NCBI RefSeq assembly: GCF_006345805.1
Contig: NC_043001.1
Coordinates: 99,324,001 to 99,388,000, forward strand
DNA from: Octopus sinensis
Lineage: Eukaryota
Length of the DNA stretch: 64,000 nucleotides
Reading direction: 5' to 3'
Part shown: positions 1-10,679 of the stretch, one piece after another
How the letters are laid out: every line of letters begins with the position of its first letter
Numbering within the stretch: position 1 is the first letter of the stretch
Program-made: the position numbers and the translations under genes
Notes under the pieces: model-generated
Databases searched by the model: none
What the model was told of the DNA's origin: nothing
Seen by the model: only the letters and a program-made list of their open reading frames with translations

Positions 1-648
1 CTCCATGCTGTGAGATATTTCCTCTCTGCCTTTCCAGCTTTGTTGCTAAAACGTCTCCCCTTCCTTTTTGTTTAGTGCGTGGTTGGGGCAGTCGAATCGC
101 TTATTATAACAGTCTTGCAAACTAACGGGTATTTCAACAGTACAACACACAATGAGCTAGTATTAGTCTTTTTGAAAAAAGGTGTCATTGCCAAGTATTT
201 TCTGTTAAGCGGAAAACATTTCATATCATTAAAAGTACTAAAAAAAAGTTTAAAATTTCATTTGCAGACAGTATTCTTTCAAAACTCCGTATTTATTTTG
301 TAAAATGTCTTTTCGAGACAATTTTTTATATTGATCTCGTTACATTTTATACAAAGCTCTTTGCCCCCTCTTGCCACGGACTTAGTATCCTCATAACTTT
401 CTGAAAACAAATATTTTAAAAGTTATGTTGATGTAATGTTAAAAGAAACATTTGTAAAAAGTTTCGGATCATTCCCCTTTCCTTCCGACTTTACTCTAAA
501 CGCGTTTTAAACTGCATATTTTAAAATGGAATTGTAGGTACAGACATATGTTTTCGAGAATGTGGGATAAGGATTATGTTGGGGGTAAAAAAAAAATCAG
601 GAAAAAATACGGTTTGAGGAAAAGTCGTGGTGGGGAACAGCAAACTAG
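1..648 (+). mobile_element. Fragment of an interspersed repeat with a Helitron-like CTAG end
   Basis: Ends aaagtcgtggtggggaacagcaaaCTAGt; shares tcctcataacttt and aaagtcgtggt motifs with 23145-23526. The class assignment is inference. Confidence 0.3.
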
Positions 649-1369
649 TTACACCGATTCGCTTCACAAAATTGTTTGGATGCTTTCATGTTAAACAAAA
701 CAAATGAAAAAAAAAACAGAATAAGTAAATAATTTATTAATGCATAAAGATTGAATTTATCATGAATAGTCTTGGAAAAGCTATTTGGAATGAGAATTTG
801 AATATGAGTGATCTGTTTCCGTTGACTGCGAACATTCAGATGGATAGAGTGGTGTGATTGTTTTTGTTAGCGATATACGAGAGGTCAAATGGCTACAACT
901 GGGAATCGAAACTGCATCGTAGGCTCGCTGGGCAGGAATTTATTTTGGTATCCTACAGAATTTCATTTTATGATGTACTTTCTACTACCAGCATATCTCA
1001 AGTGACCTGTGACCTGCTTGATTTACTACCAAAACAAACAAGCACACGCATAAAAATTGTTTTTCGTGTTGCTGTATTGAATATTATTTTTCTATGCAAA
1101 AGATAATGAAAGGAACCCAATGGTTATATATATAATGTGTGTTTTAAATTTTAACAGGAGCCATTTTGCTTAATGATTGTTTTTCAAAGCATAGTTTTTG
1201 CATTTTTTGTGTGGAAGTTATGAAAAAATAAATTAAAATAAATGAAGGAAAGTGGAAAAAAGTTTTATATGTATAATAATAATAATAAACTAGGAAAATA
1301 TGTCTGAATTGTTAAAATGCATAATGTGTAATTTCCATGTGTGGATAGAGAGAAGGAGACTCACCATGT

Positions 1370-1885
1370 TTACGTATTTAAAGCCCCATTTTGCCGAGTT
1401 GACCGTCGCCCATACCTTCTACTACTAGTTTCTGATTGTGAATTAGAGTTAACATTGTTACGTTTCAGTGCCATTCTGGCTTCTGCCTGTTCGAATTTTC
1501 TGTTAGCTCTTGCCTGGGCCATGGCCCTGGCGTTTCTTACTCTCTCCTTCCTCCTATACTCGTCATTTTGTCGAAGGATAGCCATTGAGATAGCATTCTC
1601 TTCTCGCTCTTTCCGCCTGTACTCGTCGTCCATTCTGGCCTGAGCTCTCGATAGAGCATTTTTTGCCCGTTCTCTTGCCCTATACTCCTCGCTCAAACGG
1701 TTTCGTCTCTGAGCAGCTGCATTTCGTTCTCTCTCTTTCGCCCGGTACTCTGGATCTTCTCTCATCCTCCTCATATTTTCAGCCGCGCGCGCTCTTGATA
1801 GTTCTTTGTTTGCAGTCCTATGTCTAACCAACAGCTCGCTCGATCTAGGTTGATCTTTGCGTACTGTTGTTTTAATCCTCGGCAT
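1370..1885 (-). CDS. 171-aa Arg/Glu/Ala-rich protein with 21-aa tandem repeats (probably transposon/Helitron-related)
   Basis: Intact ATG (aaaaacATG) to TAA. The EYR codon motif recurs every 63 bp (plus-strand tactc at 1557, 1620, 1683, 1746). Flanked by GT-AG introns 1950-2045 and 1092-1364, with AATAAA at 733-738 (minus). Confidence 0.6.
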   Translation of the reverse strand: MPRIKTTVRKDQPRSSELLVRHRTANKELSRARAAENMRRMREDPEYRAKERERNAAAQRRNRLSEEYRARERAKNALSRAQARMDDEYRRKEREENAISMAILRQNDEYRRKERVRNARAMAQARANRKFEQAEARMALKRNNVNSNSQSETSSRRYGRRSTRQNGALNT

Positions 1886-2231
1886 GTTTTTGTTCCGTTT
1901 GCTGTGCGATCTTGCCTTTTAAATTCTGCCTGAATCCCCAGACAAGGGTCTGTTTAAAACAGCCAACACTTTGAAGTTTTTGTATATGAAATGCAGTTTA
2001 AAAAAAAACTTCGAGAACGTATTGAATTAGAAAACAGCAGCTCACTCTCTTGCTTGTTGGTCTAGCCTTCTCCTGTGATTGCCATGTAGTGTCGAATAAG
2101 AGAGAGAGAGAATGCGCAGACAGTTACGAAATTGCTTTCTCTCTGCGCATACCCTCTTGTCTCCCTACATCACACACTCTCATGTTAAGGCGGCGGTATT
2201 GATGTAGAAGCCAGCACAATAAAACGTGCTA

Positions 2232-2760
2232 TCATTCGTCAACGGGGTAGTGTTCTAAGCGGGCGTCATAAAATCGGCGATTCTGCCCATCGGGTAGCCC
2301 TGGTTGAAGGGCATAGGCCGAGATAATGATTGCTAACCCATGATTTAGCACTAATCTAATCTTACGTATTCTGTCGCATACTCTGACTACCTCGATTACC
2401 TTAACACATTTCTCCGCAAGAAGTATACCCACGCCCTCGACCCCGTCAGTGTTCCCTGACTAGAAAATCTTGTACCTGTGTTCTTTGCCTGTGAGGAACC
2501 TAGCGGAACCTCCTCTTCACCTTACTTTCTTGGAAGCAGCACAAATCGACACATCTCCGTTCAAGCATCTCAACAATCACACCAGACCTACCTTTCAGTG
2601 TGCCAGCTCTGAGGGTATGAGAGATGTGGGACCTTGGGATGAGGGACAGCAGTGTCATGAACCTGAAAAGAAAGCCCGCATTTGGCAGAATTCATAAACA
2701 AACAATAGCCTTCAACCTGCATACACTACACCATCATTTTTATGCACTATATGATCGATA
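2232..2760 (-). mobile_element. RTE-clade LINE, endonuclease fragment (degenerate)
   Basis: Minus-strand translation GTLKGRSGVIVEMLERRCVDLCCFQE...GVGILLAEK...IISAYALQPGLPD...FYD, typical of the RTE APE endonuclease; has stops and frameshifts. Confidence 0.85.
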
Positions 2761-2917
2761 AACCCTAGGTAGGGGTAGGCATTAGCGTTAAGCCTTTAGA
2801 AGTGTTTGTGGGAAACAACCAAGGATGACAGAGGATAGAAACTTCCGGTACAGGTGGAGGGGTACCGCGAGCCAGCAAATTTAGACGAGAGCATCTTCTG
2901 GATTTGTATACTTTCGG

Positions 2918-3146
2918 GGTACTACTAGCGAACAGTGGTCCCGGTGCGCGCACACGCACAGTCGCGCGTCCGCGCTATATGTTCGTAAGTAGTTGATCCT
3001 ATAACGACTATCTAGAAAAGTAAATAAAACACAAAATAAATAATTTTTTTACACAAAGTAAATAATTTTTTAAAAAGTAAGGATCGACTACTTACGACTA
3101 GCCTGCGCGTGTGCGCGCACCGGGACCACTGTTCGCCAGTAGTACC
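2918..3146. mobile_element. Mutator-like MITE with long TIRs and 9-bp TSD
   Basis: TIR GGTACTACT(A/G)GCGAACAGTGGTCCCGGTGCGCGCACACGC at both ends (1 mismatch in 40 bp); exact TSD TACTTTCGG at 2909-2917 and 3147-3155. Confidence 0.85.
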
Positions 3147-3235
3147 TACTTTCGGGGGAGTTATTAAAAATCGAGTAGGGAAATCCGACTGCGTGCGCTA
3201 GTTTATGTAGGGTGGGGAAGGTGTATAAGGTATTT

Positions 3236-3376
3236 GAGGATATACCTTTCTTGGGTCATTGCTGCATTTTCTGCTGACTGTGTATAATCTTTGTTTCAGA
3301 AAATAATAATGGCAGACCTTCAGCTTACTCAAGAAATGAAGAGGCATGCTGTTATTGTACTTATAAAGGCTGTAGC
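3236..3376 (+). mobile_element. Tc1/mariner 5' remnant
   Basis: Encodes MADLQLTQEMKRHAVIVLIKA, resembling a transposase N-terminus; broken by (TA)n. Family recognised from memory only. Confidence 0.4.
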
Positions 3377-3394
3377 GGAAACTATCTATATATA

Positions 3395-3444
<50 letters not shown>

Positions 3445-3498
3445 ATAATTGTGTACAGTGCTCAGGTGCACTACAACTCATCTAAAGTGTATATATAA

Positions 3499-3815
3499 TC
3501 AGGTGTAGTTTCGGCGGATTTCGGAAAGCATGAGGGCCTTAAAGGATGCAGTGTCATGGCAGTCAACAACTGACGCAGGCAGTTTATTCCATGCTTCAGC
3601 AACTCTGAGCGTGAAAAAATGTTTCCGAAAGTCATGGGAGCTGTGTTGTTTTCTGACTTTGTAGGCATGTCCACGTGTGTTAGACACATGGAGATCAAAA
3701 AGGTGTTCAGTGTTGTTGTTGGTGAGGTGGTTGATAACTTTGTGGGTGTTTACCAAGTCCGTCGCCAGACGCCGGAGCTTCAGTGAATCCATGCCCAGGG
3801 AAACAAGGCTTTCAT
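3499..3815 (-). mobile_element. CR1/jockey-like LINE 3' end
   Basis: [11 protein letters not shown]...[10 protein letters not shown]...[17 protein letters not shown] is the conserved post-RT C-terminus of CR1/L2-type ORF2. Confidence 0.85.
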
Positions 3816-4109
3816 GTATGTATATATATATATACACATATATATATATATATACACACATGTATGTATATATATACATATGTATATATGTATATATATA
3901 CATATGTATATATATATACACACATATGTATGTATATACATACATGTGTATGTATTTGCATATATATATGTATATATACATATACGTATATATACACACA
4001 TATATATACATATATACACATACATATATATGTATATATACATATATACACATACATATATATACGTATATATACATATATACACATATACACACACACA
4101 TATATATAT
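3816..4109. repeat. Compound (TA)/(TACA)/(CA) microsatellite
   Basis: Seen directly; source of the Y/I/T/H-rich spurious ORFs. Confidence 0.95.
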
Positions 4110-4402
4110 CATCATCATCATCGATTAACGTCCGTTCTCCATGCTAGCATGGGTTGGACGATTCGACCGGGGATCTGGGAAGCCAGAAGGCTGCACCAGG
4201 CTCCAGTCTGATCTACAGCTGGATGCCCTTCCTAACGCCAACCACACCGTGAGTGTAGTGGGTGCTTTTTATGTGCCACCGGCACAGGTGCCAGGCGAGA
4301 CTGGCAAGGGCCACGATTGGATTGGTGCATTTTATGTACCACCAGCACGGAAATCAGTCGAGGCGGTGCTGGCATTGGCCACGTTCAGATGGGCCTTTTT
4401 AC
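4110..4402 (-). mobile_element. RTE-tailed SINE-like repeat with (ATG)n tail
   Basis: catcatcatc tail and core ctggatgcccttcctaacgccaacc; related copies at 4685-5017, 13440-13800, 14230-14640, 45520-45800, 55560-55790 and 59700-59850. Confidence 0.75.
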
Positions 4403-4408
4403 GTACAC

Positions 4409-4439
<31 letters not shown>

Positions 4440-4684
4440 AAACAGTCTGTACAAACATTCCTCATCTATTACTAATGAGTAATTTGCTTTTTATTCTTTG
4501 CATCAATCTCTTGTCAAAACTGCTGAAATCTTTCATGTTTTACTTAAATTACAAGGCTTTTGGTTTTATATATCAGTGTAATAAAAATTAAAGAAAATCA
4601 GTATTTTCATTTGGACATATGACCTTGTAAGATCAGCTGAAGTTACTGACTATTGAACCACCTTTAGATTGATTTTCGTAATTT

Positions 4685-5017
4685 GTCATTCCCCCTGTGC
4701 TGGTGGCACGGGAAAAGTACCATCCGGACGTGGCCGATGCCAGTACCCCCTGACTGGCCCCTGTGCCTGTGACATGTAAAAAGCACTATCCAAACGTGAA
4801 TGATGCCAGGCCCACCTGATTGGCTTCTGTGTCGGTCGTACGTAAAAAGCACCCTCTACATTCACGGAGTGGTTGACGTTAGGAAGGGCATCCAGCTGTA
4901 GAAACACTGCCAGATCAGATTGGAGCCTTATGCAGCTGCTGGCTCCCCAGAATTCAGTCAAACCGTCCAACCTATGTTAGCATGGAAATCGGACATTAAA
5001 CGATGCTGATGATGATG
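4685..5017 (+). mobile_element. RTE-tailed SINE-like repeat, opposite orientation to 4110-4402
   Basis: Reverse complement of the same core; ends gatgctgatgatgatg. Confidence 0.75.
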
Positions 5018-5019
5018 TA

Positions 5020-6600
5020 TATTCTGCTGTAGGCCCTGATAGATTCCCTACTAGTCTCCTGAAGAAATGTAGAGACCAACTTGCAGTCTCTCTGCCCAAC
5101 CTCTGGAGAAATACTGTCGATTCAGGTTGCATACAAAAAGAGCTTTTATCCCAATCTGTCATCCCAGTTTTCTAACAGGGAAACAGATCCCTCGCAGTCG
5201 GCTATCATTCAATCTCTCTCACCTCACATATTATTAAAATATTTGAAAGGATAGTAAGATCAAGGATAGCTGGCATCATGCAGAGCCACAAAACCTAAAT
5301 TGAAACCAGCATCACTTTCGCTGCAGCAGGGACTGTCTAACCCAGCTCTTACACCACATCAATGATATTCTTAAAGCCTTGGGAACAGATTTGAAGTCAG
5401 ATGTTGTATATCTTGACTTCTGTAAAACATTCAACAGAGTTGACCATAATATCCTAATGTCAAAATTATCAAATGTTGGAATCCGTGGAAAACTTCTACA
5501 CTGGATTGAGTATTTCCTGAAAAACAACAGAACATGTGATCGGTGGAATCCACTCAATCCCAGCAAAAGTCACCGCTTTTCTTTATAATCTATATAAATG
5601 ATTTTTCCAGCATTATAAAACACAGCAAAATGAAAATATCTGCTCCAGAAAATTATCAATGAAGAAGAAGACCAAACTCAACTCCAGTTTGATCAACATG
5701 CTAAAACAGCCATACTCTCTTCCCAGAAATCATTCACCAAAATAATTAAGGGCTTGACTGATCGCTATTATTGGGACAGTCTTAAAGCATTGAAACTCTA
5801 TTCTCTTCAGTGCCCCCATGAACGATACATCATTTGCTCAAACGACCCCAACATTAGCTTCAAAATCCATCCAAGGCTAGGACCTGTAAAGCTTTTTGCA
5901 AATACACACTCCTGCTACAATCATCTCCACTTCAAGTTTCAACTCTGTACGTGGTCACTTGATATGCTAGAAATAACAGCCAAATTTCTTCAAATCACAT
6001 TACTGTCTTACAAAAATACGCGTTGGCTAACTTCGTCTGGGAACCCCACCACTTAGGAAAAAGTCTACAGTCTACGTCAGGGGTGGGCAACTTTTCGTCA
6101 ACTGGGGCCCCGCATTGTGCCATTTCCAAGTGGGAGAGGGCCATATGATAAAACACATATGCATGAAATATTATTTGCCCATTTTACACTGAATTTTTTG
6201 CAGTTCTTAATTTTATTTGTCTTACTAATGTAAATAAATTATAGTTTGAAATATTGATGTCAAAAAAAAAAAGGAATATTCATTGATATTTTATTGAAGA
6301 ACAAATTTCATTATCTGTATCAATGAGATATTTGCACATTCACATTCACATACGTTCCCTACCCAATTCAGGATCACAATACATAAATACACTGCAACTC
6401 AATTTCTTTTCCTTAACAAGCCCTGCCCTATTTAACATTGTTCTGAAACAGATCAGTGAGGAAAAGGATCCCATTACCTTTAAACGGAATCTGGACAAAT
6501 TTCTTCAAGGAATACCAGATAAGTTACCTATACCTGGATACAACACAACAAGAACTCCCTACTTGAATCGACCATTGTGCCACAAAACTTGACTTAAAAA
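5020..6600 (+). mobile_element. CR1/jockey-like LINE RT remnant interrupted by a 458-bp insertion (5884-6341)
   Basis: GPDEIPTSLLKKC...ISLTSHIIKIFERIV...DVVYLDFCKTFNRVDHNILMSKL...GIRGKLLHWI; the C-terminus (FKRNLDKFLQGIPD) resumes after 6342. Confidence 0.85.
5884..6341 (+). repeat. Copy A of a local ~460-bp direct duplication
   Basis: Near-identical to 7200-7660 (about 7 visible differences). Confidence 0.95.
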
Positions 6601-7199
6601 GCATTTAGATTATCCTATCAGGTGGTGCTATTAAGTTAGACATGGCCTGGATCAATCTTTAGTCAAAACCTATCAAAGTTTGCATGCATGCGTGCATGCA
6701 TACATACATACATACATACATACACATACACACACACACACACATACATACTGTGTTTATGAGATATGCATACATACACACTGGTTGTGCTCCAGCATAG
6801 TGCAGTAAATAACAAATCTTATTTCATGATAATTTTTTTGAGCTTCTTGAGAAAGGTTATATACATGCAATATCTATCCAACTTCAATTGTACAGCTTCG
6901 ATATTTAAATTAGCATATTCTGTGTCAAACACTGTGTGTGTGTGATCGCCCCCCACCCATCATTCTCTTGTAATATTTCAGTTATGGAACGAGTTAAATA
7001 TTTTTTGTTTCCATACTTACATCAGTTATGAAAATGAGTTATCTCCCCTCGTACGCCCGTTTATCTTCTTGGTTATTTGGGGTTCCTACAATCAAGTATT
7101 GTTTTTTTATTATAATTTCATGCATTATGTACTTGACTAGTGCTTTATTATATGAACCCCAAAATAAATGAAAAGCAAAGTGGCATTTTTTTCCCGATG

Positions 7200-7660
7200 C
7201 TGTAAAGCTTTTTGCAAATACACACTCCTGCTACAATCATCGCCACTTCAAGTCTCAACTCTGTACGTGGTCACTTGATATGCTAGAAATAACAGCCAAA
7301 TTTCTTCAAATCACATTACTGTCTTACAAAAATACGCGTTGGCTAACCTCGTCTGGGAACCCCACCAATTAGGAAAAAGTCTACAGTCTACGTCAGGGGT
7401 GGGCAACTTTTCGTCAACTGGGGCCCCGCATTGTGCCATTTCCAAGTGGGAGAGGGCCATATGATAAAACACATATGCATGAAATATTATTTGCCCATTT
7501 TACACTGAATTTTTTGCAGTTCTTAATTTTATTTGTCTTACTAGTGTAAATAAATTATAGTTTGAAATATTGATGTAAAAAAAAAAAAAAATGAATATTC
7601 ATTGATATTTTATTGAAGAACAAATTTCATTATCTGTATCAATGAGATATTTGCACATTC
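7200..7660 (+). repeat. Copy B (probable source) of the local duplication
   Basis: Near-identical to 5884-6341; continues into a complete MITE end, which copy A lacks. Confidence 0.95.
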
Positions 7661-7769
7661 TTTACCATATTTTCAATATTAGGTAACATTTGAGATGTCG
7701 CTACACTTAGGTTATGCTGCAAATTAGTAACCTAGAAACTTGTCGGGGGCCGCAGGTTGCCCATGCATG
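7394..7769. mobile_element. hAT-like MITE
   Basis: Ends CAGGGGTGGGCAAC and GTTGCCCATGCATG (degenerate TIRs); 8-bp flanks gtctacgt / gtctttgt match 6 of 8, consistent with a decayed hAT TSD. Confidence 0.65.
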
Positions 7770-8486
7770 GTCTTTGTCGTCAATCGACATGCTAGAATTA
7801 ACAGCCGAATTCCCTCAAATTACACCTTACTGTGTTAGCTAGAAATCGCTTTGTTTTCATGGTCCTATGTTCAGTTAGAATAGTAACGGCTTGAATGCCT
7901 TTGATCATAGCACTGCTAACTCAGAGATGACTTAGGTTTTATTAAATAATAATCTTCATATTGTGTGTATGTGTTATGGTTGGTTGCTTGTGTGCTGTAT
8001 CTCAAAGCAAAATTCTTGTTATGAATCAAAAGTTGAATGGGACAATTTAAGTTCATAACTCAAAGAAATTTACGTCTTTGAATTCTTTAGAAAGACTCAG
8101 ATTAGGAATTTATTTATTTCCACTTTGTGTCTTTTAGGTGGCACATAAGGCTTCCATTCTCTTTGTCTGTCTATCTCACTCACTCTCTCTCTCTCTCTCT
8201 TTTGCTATATTGCTCCATCTATGAGGTTTGAAACAAGTTTCCCTTTTTCCAAGTGAGGAACCACTGATTCCACAAGGTGTTGGTGATTCTTCTGACTGTT
8301 TGAAGTTTCTGTAATCAGAAGTTCCTTTCTTTGTAGCTTTCTATTCAGCCTCAGGTGACTAGCTTAGTGCCTAACCTTCATGGACTGAAGTAGGGCCTTA
8401 GTTATCTTAGTTTCTCTTAGACCAGTTGTTCCACAAAGGTAGTGCTGGAGGTCTGTGAAATAAATTCAAAATTTCATATATATATA

Positions 8487-8691
8487 TGGCCTAGTGGTTA
8501 GGGCAGCGGACTTGCGGTCGGAGGATCGTGGTTTCGATTCCCAGACCGGGCGTTGTGTGTGTTTATTGAGCGAAAAACACCTAAAAAAGCTCCACGAGGC
8601 TCCGGCAGGAGGTGGTGATCCCTGCTGTACTCTTTCACCACTCTAAAGGCGGTGCTCCAGCATGGCCGCAGTCAAATGACTGAAACAAGTA
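8487..8691 (+). mobile_element. tRNA-derived SINE (internally shortened)
   Basis: A-box TGGCCTAGTGG and B-box-like GGTTTCGATTCC; 3' end gctccagcatggccgcagtcaaatgactgaaacaagta shared with other SINE copies in the window. Confidence 0.8.
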
Positions 8692-8694
8692 CAA

Positions 8695-8766
<72 letters not shown>

Positions 8767-8779
8767 GCATACATATATT

Positions 8780-10170
8780 GTTGATTTCTATGCCTCTATC
8801 TCTAAGGAACTGCTAGCTAAAGCCCTCACCTTTGCAAGCGAATTTATAGAAATTAGTACACAAGATACGGACATAATTTTCCATATTAGAAAGACTTTAC
8901 TCTTCAGTGAGAACGCAGTGTGGGTCAAGACTACCGATACAATGGGTACTTTTGATGTGAGCATGGAGTCATATGATGGAGAAGGCATATGTGATCTCAT
9001 TGGACTATTCCTACTCGATACATTGGGCAAGATTTTTCCTGGTGTATATTTCGCCATTTACAAAGCTGATGCCCTAGCTTTAACCACAGATATCAATGGA
9101 CCAGCACAAGATCGTTTTAGAAAGGACATTATCCAAATGATGAAAACTTTGTCTCAGCATAACTACAGATACCAACCTGACGGTTGTCAATTTCCTAGTT
9201 GTTTCCTTAGATTTAAATAAAAGTATTTACAAACCTTACAGGAAGCCCAACGATAGACTTAGTTATATTAATATAGGTTCCTGCCATCCACCCATAGTGT
9301 TTAAAAATTTAGTTAAAAACATTAGCAAGAGAATTTCTAGCCTCTCCTCTAATAGGAACATTTTTAATAGTGTTGCCACAATATATAATAAAGCTCTAAA
9401 AGATTGTGGATTTAGCAAGGAAATAACCTATATACCTGTTACGAGTCCAGTAATAAAGAAAAGGAAACATAGGAATAGGAAAACTATCTGGTTCACACCC
9501 ACTTACTCCCCCAACGTGACCTTTAATATAGTTAAATTTTTCTTATCACTTATAGGTAGGCATTTTCCAATCAATCATAATTACAGAAAGCTCTTCAATA
9601 GGCATAACCTAAAAATTAGTTTTAATTCAACTACTAATTTTTAAAATATGATTGCACACAATACACAAAAACAACAATGAAACCAGCTGTTCATGCAGTG
9701 ATAAAAATTTGTGCCTGCTAAATGGAGCTTGCATGACCAAAACCATAATTTATGAAGCCACCGTAGACTCTACAACCACTAAGGACATAGTTTCGTCAAA
9801 GAAATATATGGGTCTCACAGAGGGGAATTTCAAAGCCAGGATCAACAATCACACCTTGAGCTTCAGACATTGGGAAAAAAGAAAAACAACCAAATTATCC
9901 AGTTATATATGGCTCTTAAAAGAAAAAGGTGTCAACTATAACATCCATTGGAACATCTTAGCCAAGTGTAAGTCTTACACCAACGGCAGTGGAAAGTTTG
10001 GTTTTTGTGATATGGAAAGATGGCTCATCTGGAATAGCAGCTTAGACCTCGCTACATGCCTAAATTCAAGAATTGAACTTTTTGGATTGTGCCCATATAT
10101 GGCTAAATATTTGTTTAGTTTTTGGTCCTCCCAAGATCACGGATAGAACTTGCTTTTTAGATTCTTTCTG
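8780..10170 (+). mobile_element. Penelope-like retroelement (Naiad-type RT + GIY-YIG), 5'-truncated and inactive
   Basis: DFYASISKELL...FDVSMESYDG..ICDLIGLFLL...YKAD (decayed YRDD); YKPYRKPND..YIN..SCHPP; CSC..CLLNGAC...IIYEATV...YMGLT...FKARINNH; has frameshifts. Confidence 0.88.
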
Positions 10171-10615
10171 TACATTACTTTTCACCCTGCATATTTGTGC
10201 ATGTGCATGTATGGGTATATATGTGTGTGCACGGGTATGTATATGTGTACATGTGTGTGGGTGTGAATGTATGTTTCACGTGAGTGTGAGTGAGCATATG
10301 CATATATGCATGTGGGTGTATGTGCGTGCATGTGTATGTATGAACATGTGCGCATACGCAGATTCTATGAGCGTATGTTTACCTTTGAGTATTTTTACTT
10401 TCTCACTATTCGGGTAATTTCCCTTTACGTAATGGTTATTCTCATAGCTCTTTTATTTGTCTTAATAACGGTCATATTCATAGTAATTTCCCTTTATTTA
10501 ATGGTCATTTTCATAGCATTTTCATTTGTTTTAATAAGTGACAAGATGCTGGAACAAACTTCCTCCCTGACATCTGAAACTCCAAGTTTTGTTATGGCAA
10601 CCGACTAATTGTCAC

Positions 10616-10657
<42 letters not shown>

Positions 10658-10679
10658 CATCATCATCGTTTAATATCCT

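Noticed and set aside
3383-4440. Several long overlapping ORFs rich in Y/I/T/H/C/V
   Set aside because: They are translations of TA/CA microsatellites, which lack stop codons. The same applies near 10100-10400, 37200-37800 and 46300-46700.
8487-8560. tRNA-like sequence with A and B boxes
   Set aside because: It runs directly into a SINE body and tail, and I cannot fold a full cloverleaf with an acceptor stem, so it is a SINE head rather than a tRNA gene.
9670-10100. Selenocysteine-coding Naiad element
   Set aside because: Conserved Cys positions use TGT/TGC (one mutated to TTT); there is no in-frame TGA at those sites.
10520-10600. Hammerhead ribozyme in the PLE 3' region
   Set aside because: No intact CTGATGA...GAAA core is visible; an Infernal search would be needed.
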